From NCBI GenBank assembly GCA_002269645.1, contig NIVC01000202.1, positions 620,001-684,000 of the forward strand: a stretch of 64,000 nucleotides of DNA. Direction: 5' to 3'. Positions within the stretch are counted from its first letter, which is position 1, and each line of letters starts with the position of its first letter. A program made the position numbers and the translations under genes. The notes beneath the pieces were generated by a model. It did no database searches, was not told the origin of the DNA, and was given only the letters and a program-made list of their open reading frames with translations. This document shows positions 12,601 to 24,200 of the stretch, one piece after another. This stretch comes from Macrostomum lignano (Eukaryota).

Positions 12601-14146
12601 TAAACCAAACCCAGGAATCGCTCATAAAAAAGTAAGAATCGCTCATAAACCAAACCCAAGAATCGCTCATAAGCCAACACGAGAAAGGCTAATAAACCTG
12701 AACATCATTCGAACAGCCAGCCCGTTAATCCTGAAAATAAACAACCGGGATAATACACTGCCCGTATAACAAATCAAAGCACACCTCCCACCGCAGGCAT
12801 GGCCCTGGCCCGGTGCAGCCGACTCCAACAGAAGCTGAACCTACAGGACGGCAGCAACAGCAGCACTGTTAGCCGCAAATATTCCCTAGCCTGTCTGCGC
12901 TCGTTCGATCAGGCTCTGCGCATTAATCCGCTGTGCCCGAAGCTGCTGACTGAGCGCGGACTATTCGCCTACGAGCTGCACTCGCACGCCAGCCAGCTGG
13001 GCCGGCGGGGCAAGCAGTTGGAGCTGGCCGCTGAGTGGCGTCTGCCTATGCTGCGGCTGGCTAGGGAGTCTTTTCTACAGGTAGGTTGCAGGTGACGCGC
13101 TTGAGATGGGAATCGGTTGTGAAGCCGATTGCAGAGTAAACCAATAGAGCCGATTGCAGGTTTTTCAGTTTTCATTTGAATTGCCATTGGAACAGGGGTC
13201 TGCAAAGTCCGGCCCGATCATGGTTAGTCTTTCGCATCTCTCTTCTCCCCTCTCCTCTCCTCTCCCCTCTCCTCTCTCCTCTCCTCTCTCCTCCCTCTCG
13301 TCTCCTCTCTTCTTTCCTCTCCTCTCCCCTCTCCCCTCTCTCCTCTCCTCTCTTCTTTCCTCTCCTCTCCCCCTCTCCTCTTCCTCCTCTCTCTCCTCTC
13401 CTCTTTTATTTCCTCTCCTCTCCCCTCTGCTCTCTTCTTCCCCTCCCCTCTCAGCTCCCGTCTCCTCTTCTCTCTTCTCCTCTCCTCTCCCTCTCTCCTC
13501 TTCTCTCTTCTCCTCTCCTCTCCCTCTCTCCTCTTCTCTCTTCTTTCCTCTCCTCTCCTCACCTCTCCTCTCCTTGAGGTAAAAAAGGCCCTGCATTAGA
13601 ATATAGTTTTCATTTTTAGTATATCTGACTGATGGTAAAAATATTATTTGGTGTATATTGAGTAATATGATTATTCTAATCACAGTTCCATTTGTCAAAA
13701 CTACTGTTAGTAGTTCAAGATCAAAATTTAAAATCTCAAATTTCTTAGGCGGCCTCTGCGGCCAACCATCCGGAGCTGCGCGATGCCGGGGAAGAATGCG
13801 AGAACTGGCTGTACAACTACATGCTGGGCAAGTGCTGCGAGAAGTCGGCCGATCATCCCGATATCTGCCTTGGTTACTACGCCGCCGCGGCTAACGAGCT
13901 GCGACAGAGCGGCGCCCGCTATCCCAAACGAATCAGCACCTCCTACGGTAGCACTCCCCGGCTGGCTGTGGAAGCCCTGGAGATGCAGTACAGACAGCTG
14001 GCCATTGTCTGCAAGCAGCTGCTCATGTTTCTGCCTAGGCCGAAATCTGCTGTCAGTTCACCGACTACAGCGTCTGTCAATCTTAGCTGGATTGAAGCGC
14101 GATTGATTGAATTGTCCAAGTCTGCCTTTCAACGTCGGGACGCTCT

Positions 14147-14179
<33 letters not shown>

Positions 14180-16020
14180 AGGATCGAAGCGTCGACATGC
14201 CGGCGGCGGCGGCAGCGGCAGAACCAGGCGAGTTGATTGTGTTGAAGATCACGAGGGTGGTGGCAGAGTAGCTCCGGCCAACCTCCCCAAGGCAGAGAGA
14301 GTGTACAGCCCCGACGACAGGTATTCATATATATGCAACCGACAGCTCAGCCGCAGCTATTGCGCGGCGCATCTGAAGGCTGCGTACGGCTGTTCAGTCC
14401 AAGGACTGGGGGGTCGCCACACACAGCCTCAATCACCCCAGCTAATGCTGGCACCCATTTTACAGCTGGGTGAACTGAAGCAATGCAGAGCTAAGTGTCT
14501 TGCTCATAAGGACACAGATTGTTCCGAATTGGATCAGGAATCGAACCCCCGACCTATCAGTCGTGAGTCCGACGCTCTGACCACTAGGCTACAACCCCCT
14601 ATGTATATATATATATTTGATTATATTTATGATTCCCGCAGAGCCAGCAAGCGGGCCAGGATCGAAGACAGCGGCTGCAGCGCGGCCGAGGACTCCAGTG
14701 CCCACCATGGCGGCGTCTCGGCCAAATCGCAGCTAGCGGAGGTCGACAGTCGAGCCGAGGTTCGCCAACTGCTCAACGACCAGCTAGACGTGGTGTCCGC
14801 TGTGCACTCGCTCGTGTCCGGCGCCGCTGGAATCTGCGGCGAATCCGCGCCTCGTCCGGACGAGCTTCTGGCCAGGAGATTGGCTCGCTGCGTTGCTATG
14901 GCAACCGAACAGTTGGCCGACCTGCTGGCGAGACTGCCGCATCACTACAAAGCTGCCTGCCTGCTGGCCCGGCTTCGGCTTCGAGTTGGGAAGCGGCGGG
15001 AGGCCCGCGACCTCCTGCTGGGGCCCGGCGACCCAGGAGTAGGCTGGCAGCGGCTGGCTCATATGCCCTGTCCGGGACTGTTCCAGGTGTGCGGGCTTGG
15101 TGTGCAGTTAGTGTGCTCAGGATTAGAGGTTTGAGTTTGGGGATTTTGAGTTCGAGTTGGATTTTGAGTTCGAGTTGGGGATTTTGAATTTGAGTTTGGG
15201 GATTTGAATTCGAGTTGGGGATTTTGAGTTCGAGTTGCGGATTTTGAGTTCGAGTTGGGGTTTTGAGTTCGAGTTGCGGATTTTGAGATCGAGTTGGGGA
15301 TTTTGAGTTCGAGTTTGGGGATTTTGAGTTCGAGTTTCGGGATTTTGAGTTCGAGTTGGGGATTTTTATTTCAAAATGGGGATTTTGAGTTTGAGTCCGG
15401 TCGGTTTCGAATTTTGAGTTACGATTATGAGATTTGCGATTTAAACTGGGATTTTGAGCTCGAATTACGACTGCAAATTTGAGATTGGGTTCTTAGAAGG
15501 ACTCGGAATCAAAGTATTATTCCTCAGTTTAATTCCCCAACCCCCCTCCCCCCAGGACCGCCGCCCGGCCAATCTGTTCAACGGCGTCTGGCGTCTGCCA
15601 AGCGACGACATCGACAGGTCCGGCTGCTTCGCCGCCCACATGCGCCGCGCCCTCGAGCTGGCCATCGAGGCGGCCGATTGGCACCGCCTGCTGCCGCTGC
15701 ATACCTGCCTGCGCAGCACCGAGAACCGCGGCTGCCTTGTTGACGACGACCTGCGCTGGCTGACCGACCGCAGCTTGGCGGCCATGGCCGACCTGCTGGC
15801 AGATGAGCGCTCGCCTCCGACTGTCAGCCGGGCCCAGCTGCTTCAGCTGATGAAGTGTCGGAAGCTGGCCTCGGCCGCTGCTGCTGGCGGCGGCGGCGTT
15901 GTCTACGATCGACTGCTGGCGGCCGCCTTCGCCAGGTGCGGCGCTGCCGTGGTCCGTCCGGACAGGCCGCTTCTGGACCAGGCGCTGGAGTTCTGCGAGA
16001 GCGGCGGCGGTAGCCTTTGA
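6651..16020 (+). CDS. CABIN1: CABIN1 / Hir3-like HIRA histone-chaperone complex scaffold (TPR protein), about 1856 aa including a Met not encoded at this position
   Basis: Exons 6651-7529, 8017-9470, 10032-11500, 12797-13080, 13749-14320, 14642-15086, 15556-16020 join in frame (5568 nt). Matches remembered CABIN1 blocks: (M)[112 protein letters not shown]. Confidence 0.92.
7575..7995. repeat. Intronic minisatellite, 22 bp (GCTAATGCTACAGACTCATTAA), near perfect
   Basis: Fills CABIN1 intron 1. Confidence 0.97.
9560..10018. repeat. Intronic minisatellite, ~24 bp (CATCCCTGTAACACCCCTCAAAGC)
   Basis: Fills CABIN1 intron 2, with a divergence gradient. Confidence 0.93.
10480..10750 (+). repeat. Coding minisatellite, 24 bp (EAGTGQAS octapeptide) in CABIN1 exon 3
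   Basis: GAAGCTGGAACTGGTCAAGCATCG about 11 times within the open frame. Confidence 0.85.
11515..12675. repeat. Intronic minisatellite, 24 bp (GAATCGCTCATAAACCAAACCCAG)
   Basis: Fills CABIN1 intron 3. Confidence 0.97.
13238..13575. repeat. Polypyrimidine (CTCTC-type) simple repeat
   Basis: CABIN1 intron 4. Confidence 0.95.
14334..14599 (-). mobile_element. tRNA-derived SINE, copy 1 (CABIN1 intron 5)
   Basis: Reverse complement has A box TAGCCTAGTGG, B box GGTTCGATTCC, a central GTGTCCTT..AGCAAGACACTT..CACCCAGCTGTAAAATGGG block and the 3' tail shared by four other copies. Confidence 0.85.
15135..15465. repeat. Intronic minisatellite, ~20-21 bp (GAGTTCGAGTTGGGGATTTT)
   Basis: CABIN1 intron 6. 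Confidence 0.9.
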
Positions 16021-16039
16021 TCTTTTGTTTTAAAACTGT

Positions 16040-16395
16040 TTGAGCATAGGGATTCTTGTTGGAGCATAGGGATTCTTGTTGGAGCATAGGGATTCTTGTT
16101 GGAGCATAGGGATTCTTGTTGGAGCATAGGGATTCTTGTTGGAGCATAGGGATTACAGTTTGAGCATAGGCATTACAGTTTGAGCATAGGCATTACAGTT
16201 TGAGCATATGCATTACAGTTTGAGCATAGGCATTACAGTTTGAGCATATGGATTACAGTTTGAGCATAGGGATTACAGTTTGAGCATAGGCATTACAGTT
16301 TGAGCATAGGCATTACAGTTTGAGCATATACATTGCAGTTTGAGCATAGGCATTGCAGTTTGAGCATATTGGGATTATTGTTTGAGCATATTTGA
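16040..16395. repeat. 20-bp minisatellite just after the CABIN1 stop (GAGCATAGGGATTCTTGTTG / GAGCATAGGCATTACAGTTT)
   Basis: Two unit variants in succession. Confidence 0.95.
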
Positions 16396-16820
16396 ATTGC
16401 AGTTTTTAAACAGGGATTAAAGCTTGAGCTGAGTCCCTATAATGTAATTTGACTGCTGTGTGTACAGCTTCAGTACTGCATCACTACTGTACATGCATAT
16501 GAACTGTAATAGTGTTGGTCTTGTTCTCCCATTTTTTCAGCTGATAATTAATAAGCCGTATTAAAGTAGCCCACAGTTACCTGCTGTCACAGGTAATAAA
16601 AGTTTAATGCTGTCTGCTGTAGTACGCGTACTGGTGCAATGTAGTTCAGTATATTTGGCGGTTAATTTTATTTCTAATCAATTTATCACTGCAGACATTA
16701 AATATAGCAAATTAATTTACGCTGTGCATTTTCGTACATTTTCAAGTTCTTTTCTATTGTTTTTTAATAAATTAATATCAAGTAAATCGTTGTTTTAATC
16801 GCACAAATGAAATTGCTAAA

Positions 16821-17179
16821 ACAATTTTTGTCTATGGTCTATAGGCCTTAAAAAGAATCAGAATTACTGGATGTGGATTAAAAAGAATCGATCCGCTCAA
16901 ATCCAAGTTCAGTCATAATCCATCATCTCTTAGGCTCTTGGCTGGTGTGAAAAGTTAAGTCGATCAGTGCATAGCTACGAGGGGCGTCCGGAAATTTCTG
17001 AAACTTTTAATCTAGGCATTTTGTCTATGGTACAAATGTGCGGACTTCGCCCCCACACCCCCAGTGGTGTCCTTTGCGACTGGGGATAAAATATAGGCTA
17101 TCACAGCCCCGCGTAAAAACTGTTCTATGGTCGAAAGTCCGCGGTCGCTATTCGCAAGCTTCTCCATAGAAAAATTGTG
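16821..17179. repeat. Possible degenerate MITE
   Basis: Imperfect IR ACAATTTTT(GT)CTATGG / CCATAGAAAAATTGT, an internal IR CGGACTTCG / CGAAAGTCCG, and repeated TCTATGGT. Confidence 0.3.
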
Positions 17180-18229
17180 ATACTATACACGTCTTGCTAA
17201 CTGTCCAGGCCACGAGTGCGCTGCGGATGAAGAGAAAGAAGAGGAACTTTCACTTCTCGCTCTATGCAATCCGTGCCTCCTAGATTCTCTCAACCGTTTG
17301 CCTCGTGTAAGCACCTCATCAGCAGCGCTCAGTCCAGGCCCTTACTCTGACCCCAACCCTCCCAATAATTCTATCCTCAGGCAACCAGCATTTGCTGGGC
17401 CATCCCTATCCACTTTTCTGCCTGCCTTGCACCGCAGCTGTGTGCGCGTGTGTGTGGCTACAAATGAGGGGCTGGGAGAGTTCGACAAAACGGAGGGCTT
17501 GAGGCCGGCAAGAGTCGGGATGCAGGATGAGGAGGAATCTGGGAACAGTAAGTACATCTCCATCGTCGACTGGTTGCTCTCCCATCTCCCCGCTCCCCCC
17601 CCCCCAGATCTTCCTTCTTAGTCTTAACCGAGGCTTAAGCAGAGAGAGAGAGAGAGATTGAGTGAGGTGGACGGAGCAGGGGCTTGGAGCAGTTAAGGGA
17701 AGGATGAGAGGGGAGAAGTCCGGAGCGAGTACGGGAAGTGGAAAGAGAGCAGCAGCCTCTGTTCCCTTCTCTTCTCCGGGCCGGTTTTCTCCATTTTTCT
17801 CTTTCTCCAATTCCACACGTGTCTCGCACCAGCCCCCCCTGTCTCTCCCTTCATCCTTCTCGCCCGGCCTGCTAAACTTTTTTTGTTGAAAAAAAATCGG
17901 ATTGGTTGAGGTTGGAGGCGGGCGGTGGGATAGGGAAGGCTGAGAGCTGGGGAAGGTCCGCTTTACGATTGGGGATCTTTTATGAGCCAGCAAGCCGGGT
18001 ACAGCAACGGCCTAGCCGGTTGTGCGCCCTCTGTGTGTATCGGCAATTGCCCGGTCTGGACTGGAGCTGGAATTCGCGCTGATCTGCGGCTGAGCGAGGG
18101 CGGCGCCCCGCGGTGGCTGCTGGCCGCACTGAGATTGAAACTCTGCAGATCTTGCCCTCACAAGCACACCTGCCACCTGGCTGCTACTGCTGCTGCTGCT
18201 GCTAATTCACTTGCTGCGCCCCAGCAACC

Positions 18230-21200
18230 ATGCGGCGGCTGCTGCTCAGGTGGAGAAATTCCACAGGTAAGAGGAAGAGGTTGAAAGACTGACGGAGATT
18301 GAGCACTTTTGACTGACGGAGATTGAGCACTTTTGACTGACGGAGATTGAATCAATGAGTGACTGACGGAGATTGAATCAATGAGTGGCTGACGGAGGTT
18401 GAACCATTGAGTGACTGACGGAGGTTGAGCCATGGAGTGGCTGACGGAGGTTGAACCATTGAGTGGCTGACGGAGGTTGAACCATTGAGTGGCTGACGGA
18501 GGTTGAACCATTGAGTGGCTGACGGAGGTTGAACCATTGAGTGACTGACGGAGGTTGAGCCATGGAGTGACTGACGGAGGTTGAACCTTGAGTGACTGAC
18601 GGAGGTTGAGCCATTGAGTGACTGACGGAGGTTGAACCATTGAGTGGCTGACGGAGGTTGAACCATTGAGTGACGGAGGTTGAACCATTGAGTGGCTGAC
18701 GGAGGTTGAACATTGAGTGACTGACGGAGGTTGAACCAGCGAGTGACTGGCGGGGGGTGAGCACTTTTGACTGGCGGAGGTTGAATCATTGAGTGACTGG
18801 CGGAGGTTGAACCATTGAGTGACTGACGGAGGTTGAACCATTGAGTGACTGACGGAGGTTGAATCATTGAGTGACTGACGGAGGTTGAACCATTGAGTGA
18901 CTGACTGACGGAGGTTATCTATCAAGTGACTGACGGAGCGTGTTACCATCAAGTGAATGACGAAGGTTATTCATCAAGTGACCGACAGGGTGTGACCATC
19001 AAGTGACTGGCAGAGGGTGAACAAGGTGAAGAGGGTGGCAAAGTGGCATTTTGACAATCTGAATGACTAGTCAGTATTAACATAATCAGGTCACAGAGCC
19101 GTCAAAATCTCTAATCTTGTCAGAAGCCAGATTTATAACTTCGGCAGAGAACAGCGCCTGTCAATTAACTGATCGATAGAATTCAGCTAGCTGGCACCGA
19201 CTGACCGCACAGATTGGTGAGGGAAGACTCTCTAACAGCTCTTGCCGACAACTAAAAGTGCAACAGCTGCTCGAGCCCCACCGAATCCCAATGGGAATTG
19301 ATTTGAGACTGGCTGCCAGGCCCCATGTTCTGGAGGAGGGGATTAATAAAAGTGGCACCAGCTTTGGCGCTTCCTGCTGCCCCCCCCCCCTGCTTGCTGA
19401 AGGCTCCTCATCAACATTTGCTCATTGTCGATGCAGCCACCTCCGGGCAAGTCTCGGAGCAAGTCGCAGTTGATTTTCTAGCAGCCTGTTTCTGGCAGTT
19501 GCTCATTAATCAGAGTGAGGCCCCCCGGAGCCTGCGTCAGCAAGAAAACTTGACTTTTGTGCCGCATTTCTCCATGCAAACTTTATGGCTTGTCAAGTGT
19601 GTGCTCCCCCGGTATCAGCTGAGTTCGTAAAATTTATGTGTAAAAAAAGGATTAAATTTCTTTGCAATAAGACTGGCGTTATGGTTGACCTCGCGTGTGG
19701 CCCATATCTGATGTCTCACAGTCTGCTTGTGCCATTCTACCTGATGTCTCACAGTCTGTTTGTGCCATTCTATCAGATGTCTCACTGTCTACTTGTGCCA
19801 TTCTATCAGATGTCTCACTGTCTACTTGTGCCATTCTATCTGATGTCTCACTGTCTACTTGTGCCATTCTACCTGATGTCTCACAGTCTGTTTGTGCCAT
19901 TCTATCTGATGTCTCACTGTCTACTTGTGCCATTCTACCTGATGTCTCACAGTCTGTTTGTGCTATTCTATCTGATGTCTCACAGTCTGCTTGTGCCATT
20001 CTACCTGATGTCTCACAGTCTGTTTGTGCCATTCTATCTGATGTCTCACTGTCTACTTGTGCCATTCTATCAGATGTCTCACTGTCTACTTGTGCCATTC
20101 TATCTGATGTCTCACTGTCTACTTGTGCCATTCTACCTGATGTCTCACAGTCTGCTTGTGCCATTCTACCTGATGTCTCACAGTCTGCTTGTGCCATTCT
20201 ATCTGATGTCTCACTGTCTACTTGTGCCATTCTACCTGATGTCTCACAGTCTGCTTGTGCCATTCTACCTGATGTCTCACAGTCTGCTTGTGCCATTCTA
20301 TCTGATGTCTCACTGTCTACTTGTGCCATTCTATCTGATGTCTCACTGTCTGTTCATGCCATTCTATCTGATGTCTCACTGTCTACTTGTGCCATTCTAT
20401 CTGATGTCTCACTGTCTGTTCATGCCATTCTATCTAATGTCTCACTGTCTATTTGTGCCATTGTATCTAATGTCTCACTGTCTATTTGTGCGATTCTATC
20501 TGATGTCTTACTGTCTACTTGTGCCATTGTATCTGATTTCTCACTGTCTGTTTGTGCCATTCAGTCGGATGTCTTCTATTCCACTCCAAAATCTATCGCA
20601 TTCCGTATGCTCAAATTCTGGGCTCTCAGTCTCACTACACCATGTTTAGTCGCAGCATCCCATTTCAACCCTGCAGAGCTTCATCAATCGCTGTCCAGGC
20701 AGGGGCTGCTTCTGCTGTTGCTGCTGCTTGCGCCACCGCGGCCTGTAGACGGCGACTCTTCTCCGGTGTCAACCGCCGGGCACCACGGCGGTCAAAGGGT
20801 GAAGATGGCGGAGAAGAACCTCATCCAGGAGCTGCTGCGAGACTACGACAAAAAGAGCCGCCCTGTGGTGGACTTCGACCCGGACGGCGCGACGCCGAAG
20901 ATTCTACGGCCGAGGGAGAAGGGCGCGAACTCCAGCAAGATCCCCATACAGCAGATCACAGTGCAGTTCGGCCTGCGCTTGGTGCAGATCCTGGACCTGA
21001 ACGAGATGGAGCAGGTGCTCACGATCAGCGTTATATCGCTCTATGTGAGTGGCGAACCTGTTATATCTCGGATTCTGGTGTGTTATATCTGTTATATCCC
21101 TGATTCAGGTGTATTATAAATGTTATATCCCTGATTTTGGTGTGTTATATCTGTTATATCCCTGATTCAGGTGTATTATAAATGTTATATCCCTGATTTT

Positions 21201-24200
21201 GGTGTGTTATATCTGTTATATCCCTGATTCAGGTATATTATAAATGTTATATCCCTGATTTTGGTGTGTTATATCTGTTATATCCCTGATTCAGGTGTAT
21301 TATAAATGTTATATCCCTGATTTTCGTGTGTTATATCTGTTATATCCCTGATTCTGGTGTGTTATATCTGTTTTATCCTCGATTCCGGTGTGTTATACCT
21401 GTTATATCCTCGCTTCACGTGTTTTATATCTGTTATATCTTTGATTCTGGTATGTTATGTATAATTGATTCTGGTGTGTTATATCTGTTTTATCCTCGAT
21501 TCCGGTGTGTTATACCTGTTATATCCTTGGTTCACGTGTTTTATATCTGTTATATCTTTGATTCTGGTGTGTTATGTATCATTGATTCTGGTGTGTTATA
21601 TGTCTTGTATCCTTGATTCTGGTGTGTTATATGTGTTGTATCCTTGATTCTGGTGTGTTATATCTGTTATATCTTTGATTCTGGTGTGTTATGTATCATT
21701 GATTCTGGTGTGTTATGTGTTGTATCCTTGATTCTGGTGTGTTATGTGTTGTATCCTTGATTCTGGTGTGTTATATGTGTTGTATCCTTGATTCTGGTGT
21801 GTTATGTGTTGTATCCTTGATTCTGGTGTGTTATGTGTTTGATTTTAGTGTGTTGCATCTGTTATATCTGTGACTCTGGTGTGTTATATCTGTTGTATCC
21901 TTGATTCTGGTGTGCTATATATCATCTGTTATATCTTTGATTCTGGTGTTATATCTGTTATATTTCGATTCTCGTACCTGTTCCATCTTGACTATTGTGT
22001 GCTATATCTATTATAAATCTTCATTCTTGTGTGCACTCTATCCCAGATTTCTGTTTATTCTACCTCAGCTCTCGTGTCTTGTATCATTTTTCATAACCTT
22101 CATCATCTCTTGTGCTTCTTTCATCCCAGAATCCCACAACTTGCGCTCAAGATTCATTAATCATTTCTTGAGCGATACCGAGTCCTCGAATGGCCCAGAA
22201 AGGGTAGCAACTGCCTCCCGTCCTCACCTGTACCCGCAGCAATGGGTTGACTATCACCTGCGCTGGGAGCCTGAAGAGGAGTCAGGCATCAAGCTGCTGC
22301 ACATTCCCACCAGCAAACTGTGGCTGCCGGATATTGCGCTGTACAACTAGTGAGCTCTGAATGCTTTGAATGCTTAACATACTTATGGTTATGCACATTG
22401 GGGGCATTGGTATCCTCAGAGGGGACCAGGGGGTGCGACCCTCAATTAGTCTAAAAAAATGCGTTCTCCCAAGAGCTATCAATAAATAAAACTGGCAAGG
22501 GGCGCCAACCAAGAGACAGGGGCGCCAACCAAGAGACACCAGCCAATTATCGGTTCCCAGACCAGCTAATTTCAAATATATGATTCTCAAAATATGGAGT
22601 CAGTGTGTCCCTCTGATTGATTTCTGGCTAATCTTGAATCACCCCCCCCCTCGGCAACAGCGCCGACGAGAGGTTGGAAGAGAGGCGCGATTCGGCAGCC
22701 AAGGTGCACCACAACGGCACGGTGGAGTGGCACCCGATGGCCATCTACAAGAGCGCGTGCGAAATCAAAATCAAATATTTCCCATTTGATAAGCAGGTCT
22801 GCTGGTTGAAGTTCGGCCCATGGACTTACGATGGGTGAGTTGGGGGGGGGCATTGCTGATTGTGGTGGTGAGCTGACTGACTGTCTGATGGCCTTAGAAA
22901 CCCGTCTAGAAGCCCTCAAAGCGTCGTTAGCAACTGTTGTAACCAGTTTCAGAGCCTTACAAGAAACCCTTCTAGCGCCCTTAGCAACCAGTTTCAGAGC
23001 ATTCCAAGAAACCCTACTAGCGCCCTTAGCAACCATTTTCAGCCCATTCCAAGAAACCCTCCTAGCGCCTTTAGCAACCGGTTTCAGAGCATTCCAAGAT
23101 ATCCCTAGCAACTGAGCTACTAAGCAACCCACCTTTTGGCATATTTTTGCTATAATTTATACATGGAGACAGTTAGAACTTTCCCTAATTTCACACAGCT
23201 GGCGAGTGAACATCACCTACTATCGAAACATGACCGCCTTCGACGTTGAGGGCATGGTGGACAGTCCGGAGTGGGAGATACTGAACCACTCGGCCAAGTT
23301 CAAGGAGCAGGTCTACCCCTGCTGCCCGGAGCCCTACGTAGACATCACGTTCTGGCTGTGGATCCGGCGAAACACCGCCTTCTCCACCCTGATCCTCATC
23401 CTGCCCTGCTGCCTGCTGTCCTCCCTCACTCTGGTGCTGTTCTGGCTGCCGCCGGAGACTCCGGCCAAGATGGTGCTCGGTGAGCTCGCCACCTGCTGGC
23501 TGCACAATGGACAACTATAATAGAAAAGGTGGAAGGGTATCCACACTAGAAAACCTGGTCTGGTGACGGGCACAAGCGGATATTTTACCACTAAATTAAC
23601 AATAGCTCACCTTAGGAGATTGTGAAGCTTCGAGCTTGTGAAGCTTCGAGCTTGTGAAGCTTCGAGATTGTGAAGCTTCGAGCTTGTGAAGCTTCGAGCT
23701 TGTGAAGCTTCGAGATTGTGAAACTTCGAGATTGTAAAACGCCTCAGTTGAGGTTGATTCATAATTTTATTTTTTATTAAACGGATTAGGAAACAAACAA
23801 ATAGTTTAAACTTATTTGAAGCTTTAGCTTGAGAAACTTGGCTAAAACGTATTATGCAGAGAGAAAAAACCACCTCTAAGAGAAATCTGCACGATTTTGG
23901 ACTGAATGTAGCTTCATTCTGATCTTGTTGTTTATGTAGCTCGTGGTTAGTGATGGTTGCTAATGACTCAATCGATTCCGCAATGCTCAGGCATGAACAT
24001 CTTCGTTGCATTCTTCCTGCTGATGCTGCTGCTCGAGGGCCAGACTCCCTCTGCATCGGACTCGTTCCCGCTGATTGGTGAGTTCGGTTTGAGCAGTCGA
24101 ATTCGGGCTGGTTGGGCTGTCAGGGTCTTCGACGAGAGGTTGTCAGATTCCCTACGGAGGATGTCAGATTCCCTACGAGAGGATGTCAGATCCCCTACGA

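Noticed and set aside
12174-13698. ORFs over the 24-bp and CT-rich repeats (YERFLGLV, EERRG etc.)
   Set aside because: Repeat-translation artefacts within CABIN1 introns.
17982-18284. 100-aa ORF as a longer first exon of the receptor
   Set aside because: It ends in phase 0 at the 18266 donor, but exon 2 needs phase 1; ATG 18230 (CAACCATG) fits.
19585-20676. ORFs over the 33-bp array fused to receptor exon 2
   Set aside because: The unit is a multiple of 3 and stop-free; the acceptor at 20676 explains the real exon start.
22831-23115. Apolipoprotein-like helical repeat ORF ([15 protein letters not shown])
   Set aside because: Translation of a degenerate intronic repeat between two in-frame receptor exons.
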